From positions 4,030,001-4,094,000 of the forward strand of contig CM102287.1 of NCBI GenBank assembly GCA_046563655.1: DNA of 64,000 nucleotides, read 5' to 3'. Positions 36,729 through 49,743 of this stretch are shown here, one piece after another. This DNA is from Yuukianura sp. NJ FZ-2021. Taxonomy: Eukaryota. Both the position numbers and the translations under genes were made by a program. Under the pieces are notes generated by a model. The model worked only from the letters and a program-made list of their open reading frames with translations. It made no database searches and was not told the origin of the DNA. Each line of letters starts with the position of its first letter. Within the stretch, counting starts at the first letter, position 1.

Positions 36729-38683
36729 ATGTACACTGTATGCTCCTTGACCGTTTTCCTTCTAGTTTTCAGCGGAAACTACGTTCAGAAGACATACGCC
36801 GCTACAGAGGATCTCCCACCGTGTGAACTAGTAAAAAAATTCATGTACAAGGATTATCGTAAGCTTTTTGTGACCTTTGACCTTTCAACTTTTGACCTTG
36901 ACACCATTTAACTGATCCATTTGGTAGTTTGCCAAGGTCTATTCCAATGCAATCATAACGTAACTCCACCCGTCTGCTGTCCACGGGAGAAACCATGGCT
37001 GGAGGATGGAGGAAACTGTCGCAAAAGCAAAAAGGGAGATCCATGCACAGAATCATGTACACAAATCACACATTTCCAGAAACTGAAGAATTAAGAGATT
37101 AGTTCTAAAAACTAAAAACTAATTTTTTATTGCAATATTTTTGAAGATCATTGTGAAAATGAGGACTGTGACACCTCAATGGGAAGATGTCGTCACCCCC
37201 CGGATGAACAAAAATTCGGTGAAGGCTGTTTCATTGGATGTTCGTTTTCGAAATTTAGTTCTATTTCAAATTTTTTCAAAATTTTGATTTTTTTTCTAAA
37301 TTATGTATAGTTACTTGCGATGTTAAGGAGCATCTGGCATGCACCGAAAAGAGATGTGTCTGCGAAGAAGGATTTGAATGGAACCAGACGGCATGCGTCA
37401 AAAACAGAGTCCCCAAGAAAACGATTACCGCAGGCTGCGAAACGAATAGTATGCTTCAAATTTAAAAAAATAAAATTCAAAATTTTGAGTTTCTCCTGTT
37501 TTTGAAAACTAGAAGACTGCGACAAAAAGCGACAACTGAAATGTATCAACCAAAAATGCGACTGTGAACCAGGCTTTAGTTGGACAGAAGCAATTTGTAA
37601 AGCCAAATCAGAACTGCCAACATGCGATCCATCCGTATTTCGTAAGTTGACCTTTGACCTTGAAAATGAAGTTGGTTTGACCTTTGACCTTTGGTGTTTT
37701 TTTAACATAGCAAACGAGTGTCCACACGATTCGAAGCAAATGGAGTGTGACAAAGATCAGCTCGTTTGTCGCTGTCCCCAGGACATGGAATTTTCTCCAT
37801 CGATGAAGGCGTGTAAACTCAAAGCAGGACAATACTGTGAGTTTAACGGTACACGCGAACATGACCGCTGCGCAAGTCAACAATGTGGTAGCGAGACAGA
37901 CTCCAGCGATAACAACTGCGCATGTCATCACCAGAATGGAATCACACAAATCTGGTCATCAGGCCAAGGTTGTGTCACTGACTACTTTGGCCTTACTTGT
38001 TCAGGTCACTCCTTACACAAACCTTTTCATAAAAAGGGTCTTCTTTTTAAAGTATTTGAATTTTTTAAATTTCAGGATCCCATTCCGAGTGTCGCCTGGC
38101 GACATTTAACACGAATCGTGAAGGGCTCATTTGCAAAGACAACATTTGTCAATGTGATGAAGGTTTGACCTACCTGAGAGGCTACTGCGTCGTAGCTAAC
38201 CTGACGTTCGGCGATCGCTGTGACCCGGGTGGGTGACCTTGACCTTTGACCTCAAATTTCTTTGCATGACCTTTGACCTCGAGTTAGTTTGGATTCATTT
38301 GTACTTTTGTAGAAGGAATTCGACCTACCTGCAAGACAGATGCTGACTTGACTTGTCGAGATGTTGGAGATGGACTTTATGGAGGTGTTGCACTTGCAGA
38401 CTTTAGATGCGCGTGTCTCTTGCGTGAAGTGCCCGTGCGTGGGACAAGACGTACTTTTTTCTTGAACTGGAATGGTACCCAGAAGAAGTGTGGCCTCAAA
38501 TCTCATGGGGAATGGTGCAGGGGAGACTTCGATTGTCGAAGTGGAGCCTGTAAATTCAATTGTATAGGTGAATATCCAGGTGACCGATCGACTGGAGCGA
38601 CAATCTACGTATACGATACGAAAGTCTACAATAACTACGTATTTCTTATAATCCTATTTAGCGTGATTGTCACTCATTTTTAA
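36729..38683 (+). CDS. Cys-rich EB-module-like surface protein, copy 5
   Basis: MYTVCSLTVFLLVFSGNYVQKTYA...; 8 exons; divergent terminal exon with an 8-aa insertion. Confidence 0.85.
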
Positions 38684-38825
38684 TATATTGCACATTTGGA
38701 AAAAGGAGCCCAAAATGCGACAAGAAATCCCAATTAAACACATGTAAAACCTTGTCACTTTTCGAAGTCCTATTCCCCAATGTGTATTGACGGTTGTAAA
38801 TGAACTGTCGTAAACGCCATACGTT

Positions 38826-39034
38826 AGCGAAAGGAAAGTAGAGGAAACAACCCGGAAGTGGTGCACTTCCGGTCAAATCGGAAACGAATTAATCACTCCT
38901 AGCCTATGATACACTCATCTGCCGAAACAGATTGTAGATTGGTCCAGTGGTTTCAAAATTAGATTGACCAGCAGACAGACAGACAGACAGACTCGGGGTA
39001 AAATATAAAGTAGCTCATACTTTCACTATTCGCT
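38826..39034. mobile_element. DINE-1/Helentron-like non-autonomous remnant
   Basis: Imperfect inverted pair agcgaaaggaaagta (38826) / tactttcactattcgct (39018-39034), hairpin ccggaagt-ggtgc-acttccgg (38852-38872) and (CAGA)5 microsatellite (38972-38992). Truncated copies of the left part occur at ~29110-29195 and ~32360-32450. Confidence 0.5.
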
Positions 39035-39211
39035 TCTTTCAACCGAATCGGTTGTGAATGGCAACTTTATGAGTAAAGCTTGTTTTAAAAAACTGCTGAA
39101 CTTTTTTTTTCAAAATCTGACCATAGTGAAAGGGGAGCAAGAAGAGGGAGTGTTTTTTTTTTCGATATTTTTTTTCACAGTTTTTAATCTTAGTAGAGCT
39201 TTTTTTTTGAA

Positions 39212-41162
39212 ATGTACGTTGTTCGGGCCGCGATCGCTTTCATTCTAGTGTTAAGCGGAAACGACGTTCAGATAACATACGCCGCTACAACAGATCTCCC
39301 ACCGTGTATACAATTAAGTAACGGAGAATATCGTAAGCTTTATCGTGACCTCTTTGACCTTTCAACTTTTGACCTTTGACCTTGACACAACTTAAGTGAT
39401 TCATTTGTTAGGTTGTCAAGATATATTCAAATGCAATCATAATGTAAATCCGCCCGTTTGCTGTCCATGGGATACACCACAAGTTACACCCAAGGGAATG
39501 TGCTTCAAAAGCGACGTCGGGCAACCATGTACTTCACCAGGTACATAAATCACAGATTTCCAAAACAAAAAAAAAGTTTAAAGCTTCTTTCAACTTAGAA
39601 ATTGAAAAATACTTTTTTAATTGCAATATTTTTTTCAGATCATTGTATATATGACCGCTGTGACCGAAAAATTTCCCGATGTGATGTCGCCAGGAAGGGA
39701 ACCTACGGTGCTTCCTGCGCCATTGACCGCGGTATTTGAAATTTGGTTCTATTTCAAATTGTTTTAAAATTTTGATTTTTTTTTAAAATTCGGATTAGGT
39801 TCCTGCAATATTAAACAGAGGCTAGTTTGCGTCAGGATGATATGTCGCTGCGAAGCAGGAACAGAATGGAAAAATAAGACATGCGTCAGCATCACGAAAA
39901 GAACGCATAACAGACCATGCATAACAACCGGTTGCATTCAAATTCAAAACTAAAAAAAATTAAAAATTTTGAATTAACTCTTGTTTTTTGAAAAACTAGA
40001 CGACTGCATCACCGAGCGACAACTGAAATGTATCAAGAAAAAATGCGACTGTGAACCAGGCTTTAGTTGGATCGAAGCAATTTGTAAAGCCAACGCAGAA
40101 CAGACAGAATGTGATCCATTCGTATTTCGTAAGTTGACCTTTGACCTTGGAAATTAAGTTGGTTTGACCTTTGACCTTTGGTGTTTTTTTAACATAGCAA
40201 ACGAGTGCCCACACGATTCGAAGCAAATGGAGTGTGACAAGAAGCTGCGCGTTTGTCGCTGTCGCCAGGACATGGAATATTCTCCGTCGATGAAGTCGTG
40301 TAAACTCAAAGCAGGAGAAAACTGTTTGATCAACAACACTTTGGAGCATGACCAATGCTTAAGTCAAAAATGTGGTAACGAAACAGAGTCCACCAATCAA
40401 ACATGCGCATGTCCACAAGACAATGGAATCCCAGCAATCTGGTCACCTGACCCACCAGGGTCATGTGTCACTGACTACTTCGGCTTTACTTGTACAGGTT
40501 ACACCATACACAAATCTTTTCACAAAATGCGGTTTCTTTTTAAAGTATTGGAATTTTTTGAAATTCAGGATCCAATTCCGAATGTCGCTCGGCAAGATTT
40601 AACAAGACTCGTCAAGGCCTCATTTGCAAAGACAACAATTGTAAATGTGCTGAAGGTTTGACCTACATAAGAGGCTACTGCGTCGTAGCTAACCTGACGT
40701 TCGGCGATCGCTGTGACCCGGGTAAGTGGCCTTGACCTTTGACCTCAAATTTCCTTGCCTGACCTTTGACCTGGATTTAGTTTGTATTCATTTGTACTTT
40801 TTGTAGATGGAGTTCGTCCTACTTGCAAGACAGATGCTGACTTGACTTGTCGAGATGTTGGAGGAGGAGACTTTAGATGCGTGTGTCTCCAGCGTGTAAT
40901 GACCGTGCGTGGGAAAAGACATACTGTGTTGTTGACCTGGAATGGTGCCCAGAAGAAGTGTGACCTCAAATCGCATGGTGAACGGTGTAAGGAAGCCATC
41001 GAATGTCGAAGTGGAGTCTGTCAAGAGACATGTGTAGGCGAACAACCCTTGCGTAGCCGACTATCGACTGGGGCGACAATCTATGAATACAATACGAAAA
41101 TCTACGACAACTACTACTTATTTCTTATTATTCCATTTAGCATGATTGTCACACTCTTTTAA
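39212..41162 (+). CDS. Cys-rich EB-module-like surface protein, copy 6
   Basis: MYVVRAAIAFILVLSGNDVQITYA...; same exon series; terminal ORF ends 41162. Confidence 0.85.
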
Positions 41163-41367
41163 CTTTTTGGTTTGTTCGCCATGTTCTGCAGTCCAGCTGA
41201 ATAAAAAAGTTTCAACTTCAAAATTTACCTCCCTTTTTATTTTTTTTTAAGTTTTTGAAAATGCGTGTACCTCTCTGTATATTTTGTTTCAAAATTTTTG
41301 GAACGATTAGATTCCAAAAAGATGATTTTGTTAGGCAGTCGTCGTGTGGTTGCTGCTTACTGCGAAA

Positions 41368-41960
41368 GCCCGTCTGCTGTCCATGGGAGATTCTAATGCT
41401 GGATGGAGGAGAATGTCGCAAAAGCAAATAAAGATGAACCATGCACTTTGCCAGGTACAGAAATCATACATTTCCAGTTCAAAAAACGTAAAAAAAAATT
41501 TTTTATATACTTAAAAATTGAATAATTACTCTTTTTAATTGAAACATTTTTGAAGTTCACTGTACACTGTAAGACATGCGTCAGAGTCCAGCAGAAAACA
41601 TCAAAATTTTGAATTTGTCGTTTTTTGAAACCAGACGACTGCATCGAAGAAAACGACTAAAGGACCATGCAAAACAAGTGGTGTGTTTTAAATTTCACAA
41701 AATTTTCAAAATTTTGAATTTCTCCTTTTTCGAAAATTTTCTTCCTCCCTACCTGCAAAGCAGATGCTGAGACGTCGCTGACTTGTAGAGATGTTGGAGA
41801 TGGAGATTTTAGATGCTTGTGACTCATGCATGAAATGACAGTGCGTGGGAAATGACATAACGGTGATAGCTACATCGAAAAGATGGAAAATCTGCGTACA
41901 GAATCGGATAACTATGTAGTTTTTTATGTTCCATTTAGCATGATCGTCGCAGTCTTTTAA
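41368..41960 (+). pseudogene. Shattered remnant of an array gene
   Basis: Collinear scraps of exon 2 (gcccgtctgctgtccatgggag), exon 4, the extra exon of copy 9 and the terminal exon, separated by large deletions; no start exon; stops present. Confidence 0.8.
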
Positions 41961-42290
41961 TTTTTTGGTGATAACTGAACAAAAAAATATTTTAAACTTC
42001 GAAATTTAGCTTCTTTCCTTCTACTTTTCTAGTAATTTCAGAAAAAATTGAACTTTTAGAAATACGTTTAGTAGTATTCTATTTACCTTGGTTTCTCCCT
42101 ATATATTCTGCTTCAAAATTTGGTTAGGGGTTGGCCACGTAGTCGCCATGGGGCTACCTTAAACTGATGCAATTGTTTACCACAAACAGTTAAAAGTTCA
42201 AAGCGGATGGAGTGATTTTTTTTTTGAAATTCGAAATTTTTGAGAATAATTTTTTTTTACAATTCCTAGTTTTATTAGATTTTTTTTGAA

Positions 42291-44219
42291 ATGTATGCTG
42301 TTCGCTCCTTGATCGTTTTCATTCTAGTCTTCAGCGGAAACTATGTTCAGAAGACTTTCGCTGCTACAGAGGATCCCCCACCGTGTGAACCAGACAGTGA
42401 AGGGCAATATGGTAAGCTTTTTTATGACTTTTGACCTTTCGACTTTTGACCTTGACACAACTGAATTCATCCGTTTGTTAGGTTGTCAAGGTTTGATTGA
42501 ATGCAAGCCCTTCATCTGCTGTAAACTGGCGGTTCCAAAGCCGGACAGAGGAACATGTCGCTTAAGCTACGACGGGGATCCATGCAAGGAATCAAGTACA
42601 GACATCACACAATTCCAGAAAAAAATGAAAAAACGTTGTTTTTTTTAAATTGGAATTTTTTTTTAATTCCAACACTTTTCAAGATCATTGTACATCCGGT
42701 TCCTGTGACACCAGCAAAGGCCAATGTCGTGGCGGGCATCCACCAAGACTTGGTGATGATTGTGCCAATGAATGTTCGTTTTCGAAATTATGTTCTATTT
42801 CAAATTCTTTCAAAATTTTTTTGATTTTGATTTTTTTTTGTAAATTATGTTTAGTTTCTTGCGATCCTAAGGCTCATATGGTATGCACCAATAGGAAATG
42901 TTCATGCCCAGAAGAATTAGAATGGGACTGGGACGTGACGGCATGCGTCGTCAAAGGAACGAAGAAAACGAAGAAAACGATTAACGCAACCTGCACAGAA
43001 GATGGTAACGTTCAAATTCAAAATTTTTGAAAAAAGTTTTGAATTTTTTGTTTTTTGAAACTAGACGAATGCATCAAAGAGCGGCAACTTAAATGTATCA
43101 ATGAAAAATGCGACTGTGGACTAGGCTTTAGTTGGATCGAAGCAATTTGTAAACCCAATGCACAACAGCCAACATGTGATCCAGCCGTATTTCGTAAGTT
43201 GACCTTTGACCTTGAAAATGAAGTTGGTTTGACCTTTGACCTTTGGTGTTTTTTTAACATAGCAAACGAGTGTCCACATGATTCGAAGCAAATGGAGTGT
43301 GACAAAGATCAGCGCGTTTGTCGCTGTCGCCAGGACATGGAATATTCTCCATCGATGAAGGCGTGTAAACTCAAAGCAGAAGAAAACTGTTTGATCAACA
43401 ACACTTTGGAGCATGACCAATGCTTAAGTCAACAATGTCTTAACGAGACAGGGTCGGCCAATCACACATGCGCATGTAAAGACAACAATGGAATTCCAGA
43501 AATCTGGTCATCTGACCCACCAGGATGTGTCACTGACTACTTTGAGTTTACTTGTTCAGGTCAGTCATACAAATCTTTTCATAAAAAGCGTTTTCTTTTT
43601 AAAGTTATTTGAATTTTTTGAATTTCAGGGTCGGAATCCGAATGTCGCCCGGCGACGTTTAACACGAGTCGTCAAGGCCTCATTTGCAAAGACAGCAGTT
43701 GTAAATGTGCTAAAGGTTTGGCCTACAAGCGAGGCTACTGCGTCGAAGCCAATCGTCTGTTCGACGATCCCTGTGACCCGGGTGAGTGACCTTGACCTTT
43801 GACCTCAAATTCATTTGCATGACCTTTGACCTCGAGTTAGTTTGGATTCATTTGTACTTTTTGTAGATGGAGTTCGTCCTACTTGCAAGGAAGATCTTGA
43901 CTTGACTTGTCGAGATGTTGGAGGAGGAGACTTTAGATGCGTGTGTCTCCAGCGTGTAATGACCGTGCGTGGGAAAAGACATACTGTGTTGTTGACCTGG
44001 AATGGTGCCCAGAAGAAGTGTGACCTCAAATCGCATGGTGAACGGTGTAAGGAAGCCATCGAATGTCGAAGTGGAGTCTGTCAAGTGACATGTGTAGGCG
44101 AACAACCCTTGCGTAGCCGACTATCGACTGGGGCGACAATCTATGAATACCATACGAAAGTCTACCATAACTACGTATTTCTTATTATTTCATTTAGCAT
44201 GATCGTCACACTCTTCTAA
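42291..44219 (+). CDS. Cys-rich EB-module-like surface protein, copy 7
   Basis: MYAVRSLIVFILVFSGNYVQKTFA...; same exon series. Confidence 0.85.
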
Positions 44220-44589
44220 AAAGCCCAACAACTTTTGTAGAGGTCATTTTTTGGGTTGTCTAGAGATGTCATTGACCTTTTTCTCGAAATTTTTCTAAGT
44301 TTTTAACATGCGCCCACATGGATATAATCCAACCACAAATTTCACTAAAAAAAATTCAAGTTTTGAAAATATGTGTACCTCTCTGTAATTATTTTGTTTC
44401 AAAATTTTTGGAACGATTGGATTTGAAAAAAGATGATTTTGTTAGGAAGTCGTCGTGTGGTTGCTGCTTCTATTTTATGTAGTACTTTGTTTAAGTAAAA
44501 ACAACAAAAGTTCAAAGGAGAGTAAATTTTTGTAACCCGTTTTGGAGACATTTTTTTTCTAATCTCTAATCTTGGCAGATATTTTTGAA

Positions 44590-46527
44590 ATGTGCGCTGC
44601 TCGTTCCTTGGTCATTTTCATTCTAGTCTCCAGTGGAAACTACGTTCAGAATACATACGCCGCTACAGAGGATCCCCCACCGTGTACCCAAGAAAGTAAC
44701 GGACAATATCGTAAGTTTTTTTTATGACCTTTGACCTTTGACCTTGACACAACTTAAGTGATTCATTTGGCAGGTTGTCAAAGTGTATTCAAATGCAATC
44801 ATAATGTAAATCCGCCCGTTTGCTGTCCACGGGAGACTCCAATGCTGGATGGAGAAAACTGTCGCAAAGGCAAAATGGGGGATCCATGCACTTCACATTG
44901 TACAGAAATCACACATTTCCAGAGAAAAAAATTCTTTAAGAGAGTTTTTCTTAAAAAACTAAAAACTAATCTTTAATTCCAACATTTTTGAAGATCATTG
45001 TATATCTAATGACTGTTACATCGACATACGGCAATGTCATGACATCAGACCAGACCCTTCATCATTCGGGGCTCAATGTGTCACTGACAGTTCGTTTTCA
45101 AAATTTTGTTCTATCAAATTCGTTCAAAATTTTTATTTTTTTTTCATAATTTCTGTATAGGTACTTGCAATACTCAGAAGCGGCTGGCTTGTAGAAATGA
45201 GAAATGTCTCTGCAAAATAAATGGAACAACGTGGAACAAGAAGGAGGGATGCATAAAAGCCCAAAAGAAAACAATAGACGGATCCTGCAAAGCGAATGGT
45301 GTACTTCAAATTTCAAAAAAATAACAATCAAAATTTTGAATTTCTCATTTTTTGAAAATACAGACGACTGCATCGCCGAGCGAAAACTGAAATGTATCAA
45401 TGAAACATGCGGCTGTGAACCAGGCTTTAGTTGGATCGAAGCAATTTGTAAACCCAAAGAAAAACAGACAATATGCGATCCATTCGTATTTCGTAAGTTG
45501 ACCTTTGACCTTGGAAATGAAGTTGGTTTGACCTTTGACCTTTGGTGTTTCTTTTAACGTAAGCAAACGAGTGTCCACATGATTCGAAGCAAATGGAGTG
45601 TGACAAAAATCAACGCGTTTGTCGCTGTCCCCTGGACATGGAATTTTCTCCAGCGATGAGATCGTGTAAACTCAAAGCAGGAGAAAACTGTTTGATCAAT
45701 GGAACACTGGAACACGACCACTGCGCAAGTCAACATTGTCTAGGCAAGACAGAGTCGACCAATCAAATCTGCGCATGCCCACAAAACAATGGAATCCCAG
45801 AGATCTGGTCATCCGAACCAGGTGAACGATGTGTCACTGACTACTACGGCTTTACATGCTCAGGTCACTCCTTACACAAATATTTTCATAAAAAGACGTT
45901 TTCTTTTTAAAGTTATTTCAATTTTTTGAATTTCAGGAGCCGATTATGAATGTCGCTCGGGAACGTTTAACTCTAGTCGCAAAGGCCTCATTTGCAAAGA
46001 CAACAATTGTCAATGTGATGAGGGTTTGACCTACCTTAGAGGCTACTGCGTCGTAGCTAACCTGACGTTCGGCGATCGCTGTGACCCGGGTGAGTGACCT
46101 TGACCTTTGACCTCAAATTAGTTTGCATGACCTTTGACCTGGAGTTAGTTTGGATTCATTTGTACTTTTTGTAGATGGAGTTCGTCCTACTTGCAAGACA
46201 GATGCTGACTTGACTTGTCGCGATGTTGGAGGAGGAGACTTTAGATGCGTGTGTCTCCAGCGTGTAATGACCGTGCGTGGGAAAAGACATACTGTGTTGT
46301 TGACCTGGAATGGTGCTGAGAAGAAGTGTGACCTCAAATCGCATGGTGAACGGTGCAAGGAAGCCATCGAATGTCGAAGTGGAGTCTGTCAGGAGACATG
46401 TGTAGGCGAACAACCCTTGCGTGGCTCACTATCGACTGGGGCGACAATCTATGAATACAATACGAAAGTGTACAATAACTACGTATTTCTTATTATTTCA
46501 TTTACAATGTTAGTCACACTCTTTTAA
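44590..46527 (+). CDS. Cys-rich EB-module-like surface protein, copy 8
   Basis: MCAARSLVIFILVSSGNYVQNTYA...; same exon series. Confidence 0.85.
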
Positions 46528-46888
46528 TTTTTTGGTGTTCCCCATGTTTATCAGTTGACAAACTGAAGAAAAAATTTTTCAATTTCAATTTCAACATTTA
46601 GCTCTCTTTTTTTTTATTTTTATTTTTTTACACATTTCACAAAAAAAATTCAAGTTTTGAAAATATGTGTACCTGTCTGTATATTTTGTTTCAAAATTTT
46701 TGGAACGATTGGATTCGAAAAATATGATTTTGTTAGGCAGTCCGCAGTCGTCGTGTGGTTGCTGCTTCCATTTATTTATGTAATTTGTTTACTACAAACA
46801 ATAAAAGTTTAAAGGGGGAATGAATTTTTTTTTGAAATTCGAAATTTTTGATAGATTTTTTTTATATTTCTGGCACATATTTTTGAAA

Positions 46889-49009
46889 ATGTACGCTGTT
46901 CGCTTCTTGATCATTTTTATTCTAGTCTTCAGCGGAAACTACGTTCAGAAGACTTCTGCTGCTAGGGGTCCCCCACCGTGTAAACGAGAAAGTAACGGAC
47001 GATATCGTAAGTTTTTCTATGACCTTTGACCTTTCAACTTTTGACCTTTGACCTTGACACAACTGAATTCATCCATTTGTTAGGTTGTCAAGGTGTGTTC
47101 GAATGCAATCATAATGTAAATCCCGCCGTCTGCTGTCCATGGGAGAGACCAATGCTGGACGGGGGGCAATGCCGCCTAAGCAACGTCGGAGAACCATGCA
47201 CTGTTCCATGTACAGAAATCACACATTTCCAAAATAAAAAAAAGTTAAAAAAAATTTTTTAACTAAAAATGAAGCATGTTTTTTTTAATTGTAACATTTT
47301 TGAAGATCATTGTAGAAATGATGACTGTGACACCGGAGTAAGCCAATGTCGTGCTCCGAAACCAAAACCTTCAACATACGGTGGTCCCTGTGTCAATGAC
47401 AGTTCGTTTTCGAAATTTGGTTCTATTTTAAATTTTTTCAAAATTTTGATTTTTTTTAAAAACAATGTGTGCAGATTCTTGCGATACTCAGGAGGAACTG
47501 GTTTGCACAAAAGGGAAATGTTCTTGCAAAGTAGGATCAGAATGGAACAAGAACACATGCGTCAGAGTCCAAAAGAAAAAGCCTAACGGAACATGCACAA
47601 AAAATGGTAACTTTCAAATTCAAAACTAAAAAACATCCAAATTTTGAATTTCTCGTTTTTTGAAACCAGACGACTGCATCACCAAGCGACAACAGAAATG
47701 CATCGACGGAAAATGTTCCTGCCCAGCAGGATTAGAAGGAAAACAGGACGCGTGCTTCGTCCCGAAGAAAACGACTAAAGGACCGTGCAAAACAAATGGT
47801 GTGTTTTAAATTTCACAAAATTTTCAAAATTTTGAATTTCTCTTTTTCTTAAAAACTAGACGAATGCATCAAAGAGCGGCAACTTAAATGTATCAATGAA
47901 AAATGCGACTGTGAACCAGGCTTTAGTTGGATCGAAGCAATTTGTAAACCCAAAGCAGAACAGCCAAAATGCAATCCATCCGTATTTCGTAAGTTGACCT
48001 TTGACCTTGAAAATGAAGTTGGTTTGACCTTTGACCTTTGGTGTTTTTTAACATAGCAAACGAGTGTCCTCATGATTCGAAGCAAATGGAGTGTGACAAA
48101 GATCAGAAAGTTTGTCGCTGTCGCCAGGACATGGAATATTCTCCATCGATGAAGGCGTGTAAACTCAAAGCAGGAGAGAACTGTTTGATCAACAACACTT
48201 TGGAGCATGACCAATGCTTAAGTCAACAATGTGGTAACAAGACAGAGTCCATCAATCAAACCTGCGCATGTCCACAAAACAATGGAATTCCAGAAATCTG
48301 GTCATCTGACCCACCAGGATGTGTCACTGACTACTTCAACCTTCCTTGTACAGGTAACACCATACACAAATCTTTTCATATAAAGTGTTTCCTTTCTAAA
48401 GTTATTTGAATTTTTTTGATTTCAGAATCCGATTACGAATGTCGCCCGGCGACATTTAACACGAGTCGTCAAGGGCTTATTTGCAAAGACAACATTTGTC
48501 AATGTGATGAAGGTTTGACCTACAAACGAGGCTACTGCGTCCTAGCTAACCTACTGTTCGGCGATCGCTGTGACCCGGGTGAGTGACCTTGACCTTTGAC
48601 CTCAAATTTCTTTTTTTGACCTTTGACCTTGAGTTAGTTTGGATTCATTTGTACTTTTGTAGATGGATTTCGTCATACCTGCAACACAGATCTTGACTTG
48701 ACTTGTCGCGATGTTGGAGGAGGAGACTTTAGATGCGTGTGTCTCCAGCGTGTAATGACCGTGCGTGGGAAAAGACATACTGTGTTGTTGACCTGGAATG
48801 GTGCCCAGAAGAAGTGTGACCTCAAATCGCATGGTGAACGGTGTAAGGAAGCCATCGAATGTCGAAGTGGAGTCTGTCAAGTGACATGTGTAGGCGAACA
48901 ACCCTTGCGCAGCACACTAGCTACCGACAGGGGCGAAAATCTACGTATACAATATCCTAATTCCGTATTTTTTATTGTTCCATTTAGCATGATCGTCACA
49001 GTCTTTTAA
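46889..49009 (+). CDS. Cys-rich EB-module-like surface protein, copy 9 (9 exons, one extra module)
   Basis: MYAVRFLIIFILVFSGNYVQKTSA...; additional in-frame 129-nt phase-1 exon at 47670-47798. Confidence 0.85.
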
Positions 49010-49224
49010 TTTTTTGGTTTAACTGAACAAAAAATATTTTAAACCTCGAAATTTAGCTTCTTTTCTTCTAATTTTAGAAAAAAATTGAAGTTTTAAAAAT
49101 ACGCTTTTTTCTTTATATTTTGCTTCAAAATTTGCTCAGGGGTCGGTCGGCCGCGTAGTCGCCATGGGACTGCCTTAAACTGACGCGTTTGTTTACCACA
49201 AACAGTTAAAAGTTCAAAGTGGAG

Positions 49225-49656
49225 CACAGTGGGGCCGAATCAAAAATAACGCGCCACCGTTGTTAGGGGAAACGTGAAGTTAAATTTTGCAATTACATTA
49301 AAAATGAATGTCAAAATCAGGGTTTAGAAAGATCAAATCGTCCAAAAATGTCCATTACCTACAGGTAACCTGAATATCGTAATAAAAACTAGACAGCATC
49401 ACGTACCAAGTCCGACCGCCACTTGGCGCCACTTTACCAATTTAGTATTTTTAACCGATTTTTGAAGTTGGTGAAAAATTTGGTGAATGGGGGGTCAGCT
49501 AGGTCACCACGCATAAAAATTGAAGGCGCATAGTGTTTACAGTTGCTATGCCGATAATTTAGCGATTGTTTCGCCTCCATAATTGTGTATTTTTCAACAC
49601 TTAATTTGTTTCCCCCGAAACGCTTGTCGTTGTTTGTATGAATCGACCCCACTGTG
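49225..49656. mobile_element. Non-autonomous Transib-type DNA transposon (432 bp)
   Basis: TIRs CACAGTGGGGCCGAATCA / (reverse complement) CACAGTGGGGTCGATTCA; 5-bp TSD TGGAG at 49220-49224 and 49657-49661; empty site aaagTGGAGggagtga in the paralogous spacer at ~54124-54139. Confidence 0.88.
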
Positions 49657-49743
49657 TGGAGGGAGTGATTTTTGTTTGAAATTCGAAATATTTTAGACTA
49701 ATTTTTTGATTCACAATTCATAATTTTATTCCATGTTTTTGAA

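Noticed and set aside
43194..43262. Intron 5 is 69 nt and stop-free (RKLTFDLENEVGLTFDLWCFFNI), suggesting functional intron retention
   Set aside because: Open only in some copies (5, 7, 11); others have a TAA or length changes that break the frame, so it is not conserved.
49225..49656. RAG-like somatic recombination of the array guided by RSS-like ends
   Set aside because: Only one element noticed, with intact TSDs and an empty site in paralogs; there is no 12/23 pair flanking exons and no recombinase in the window.
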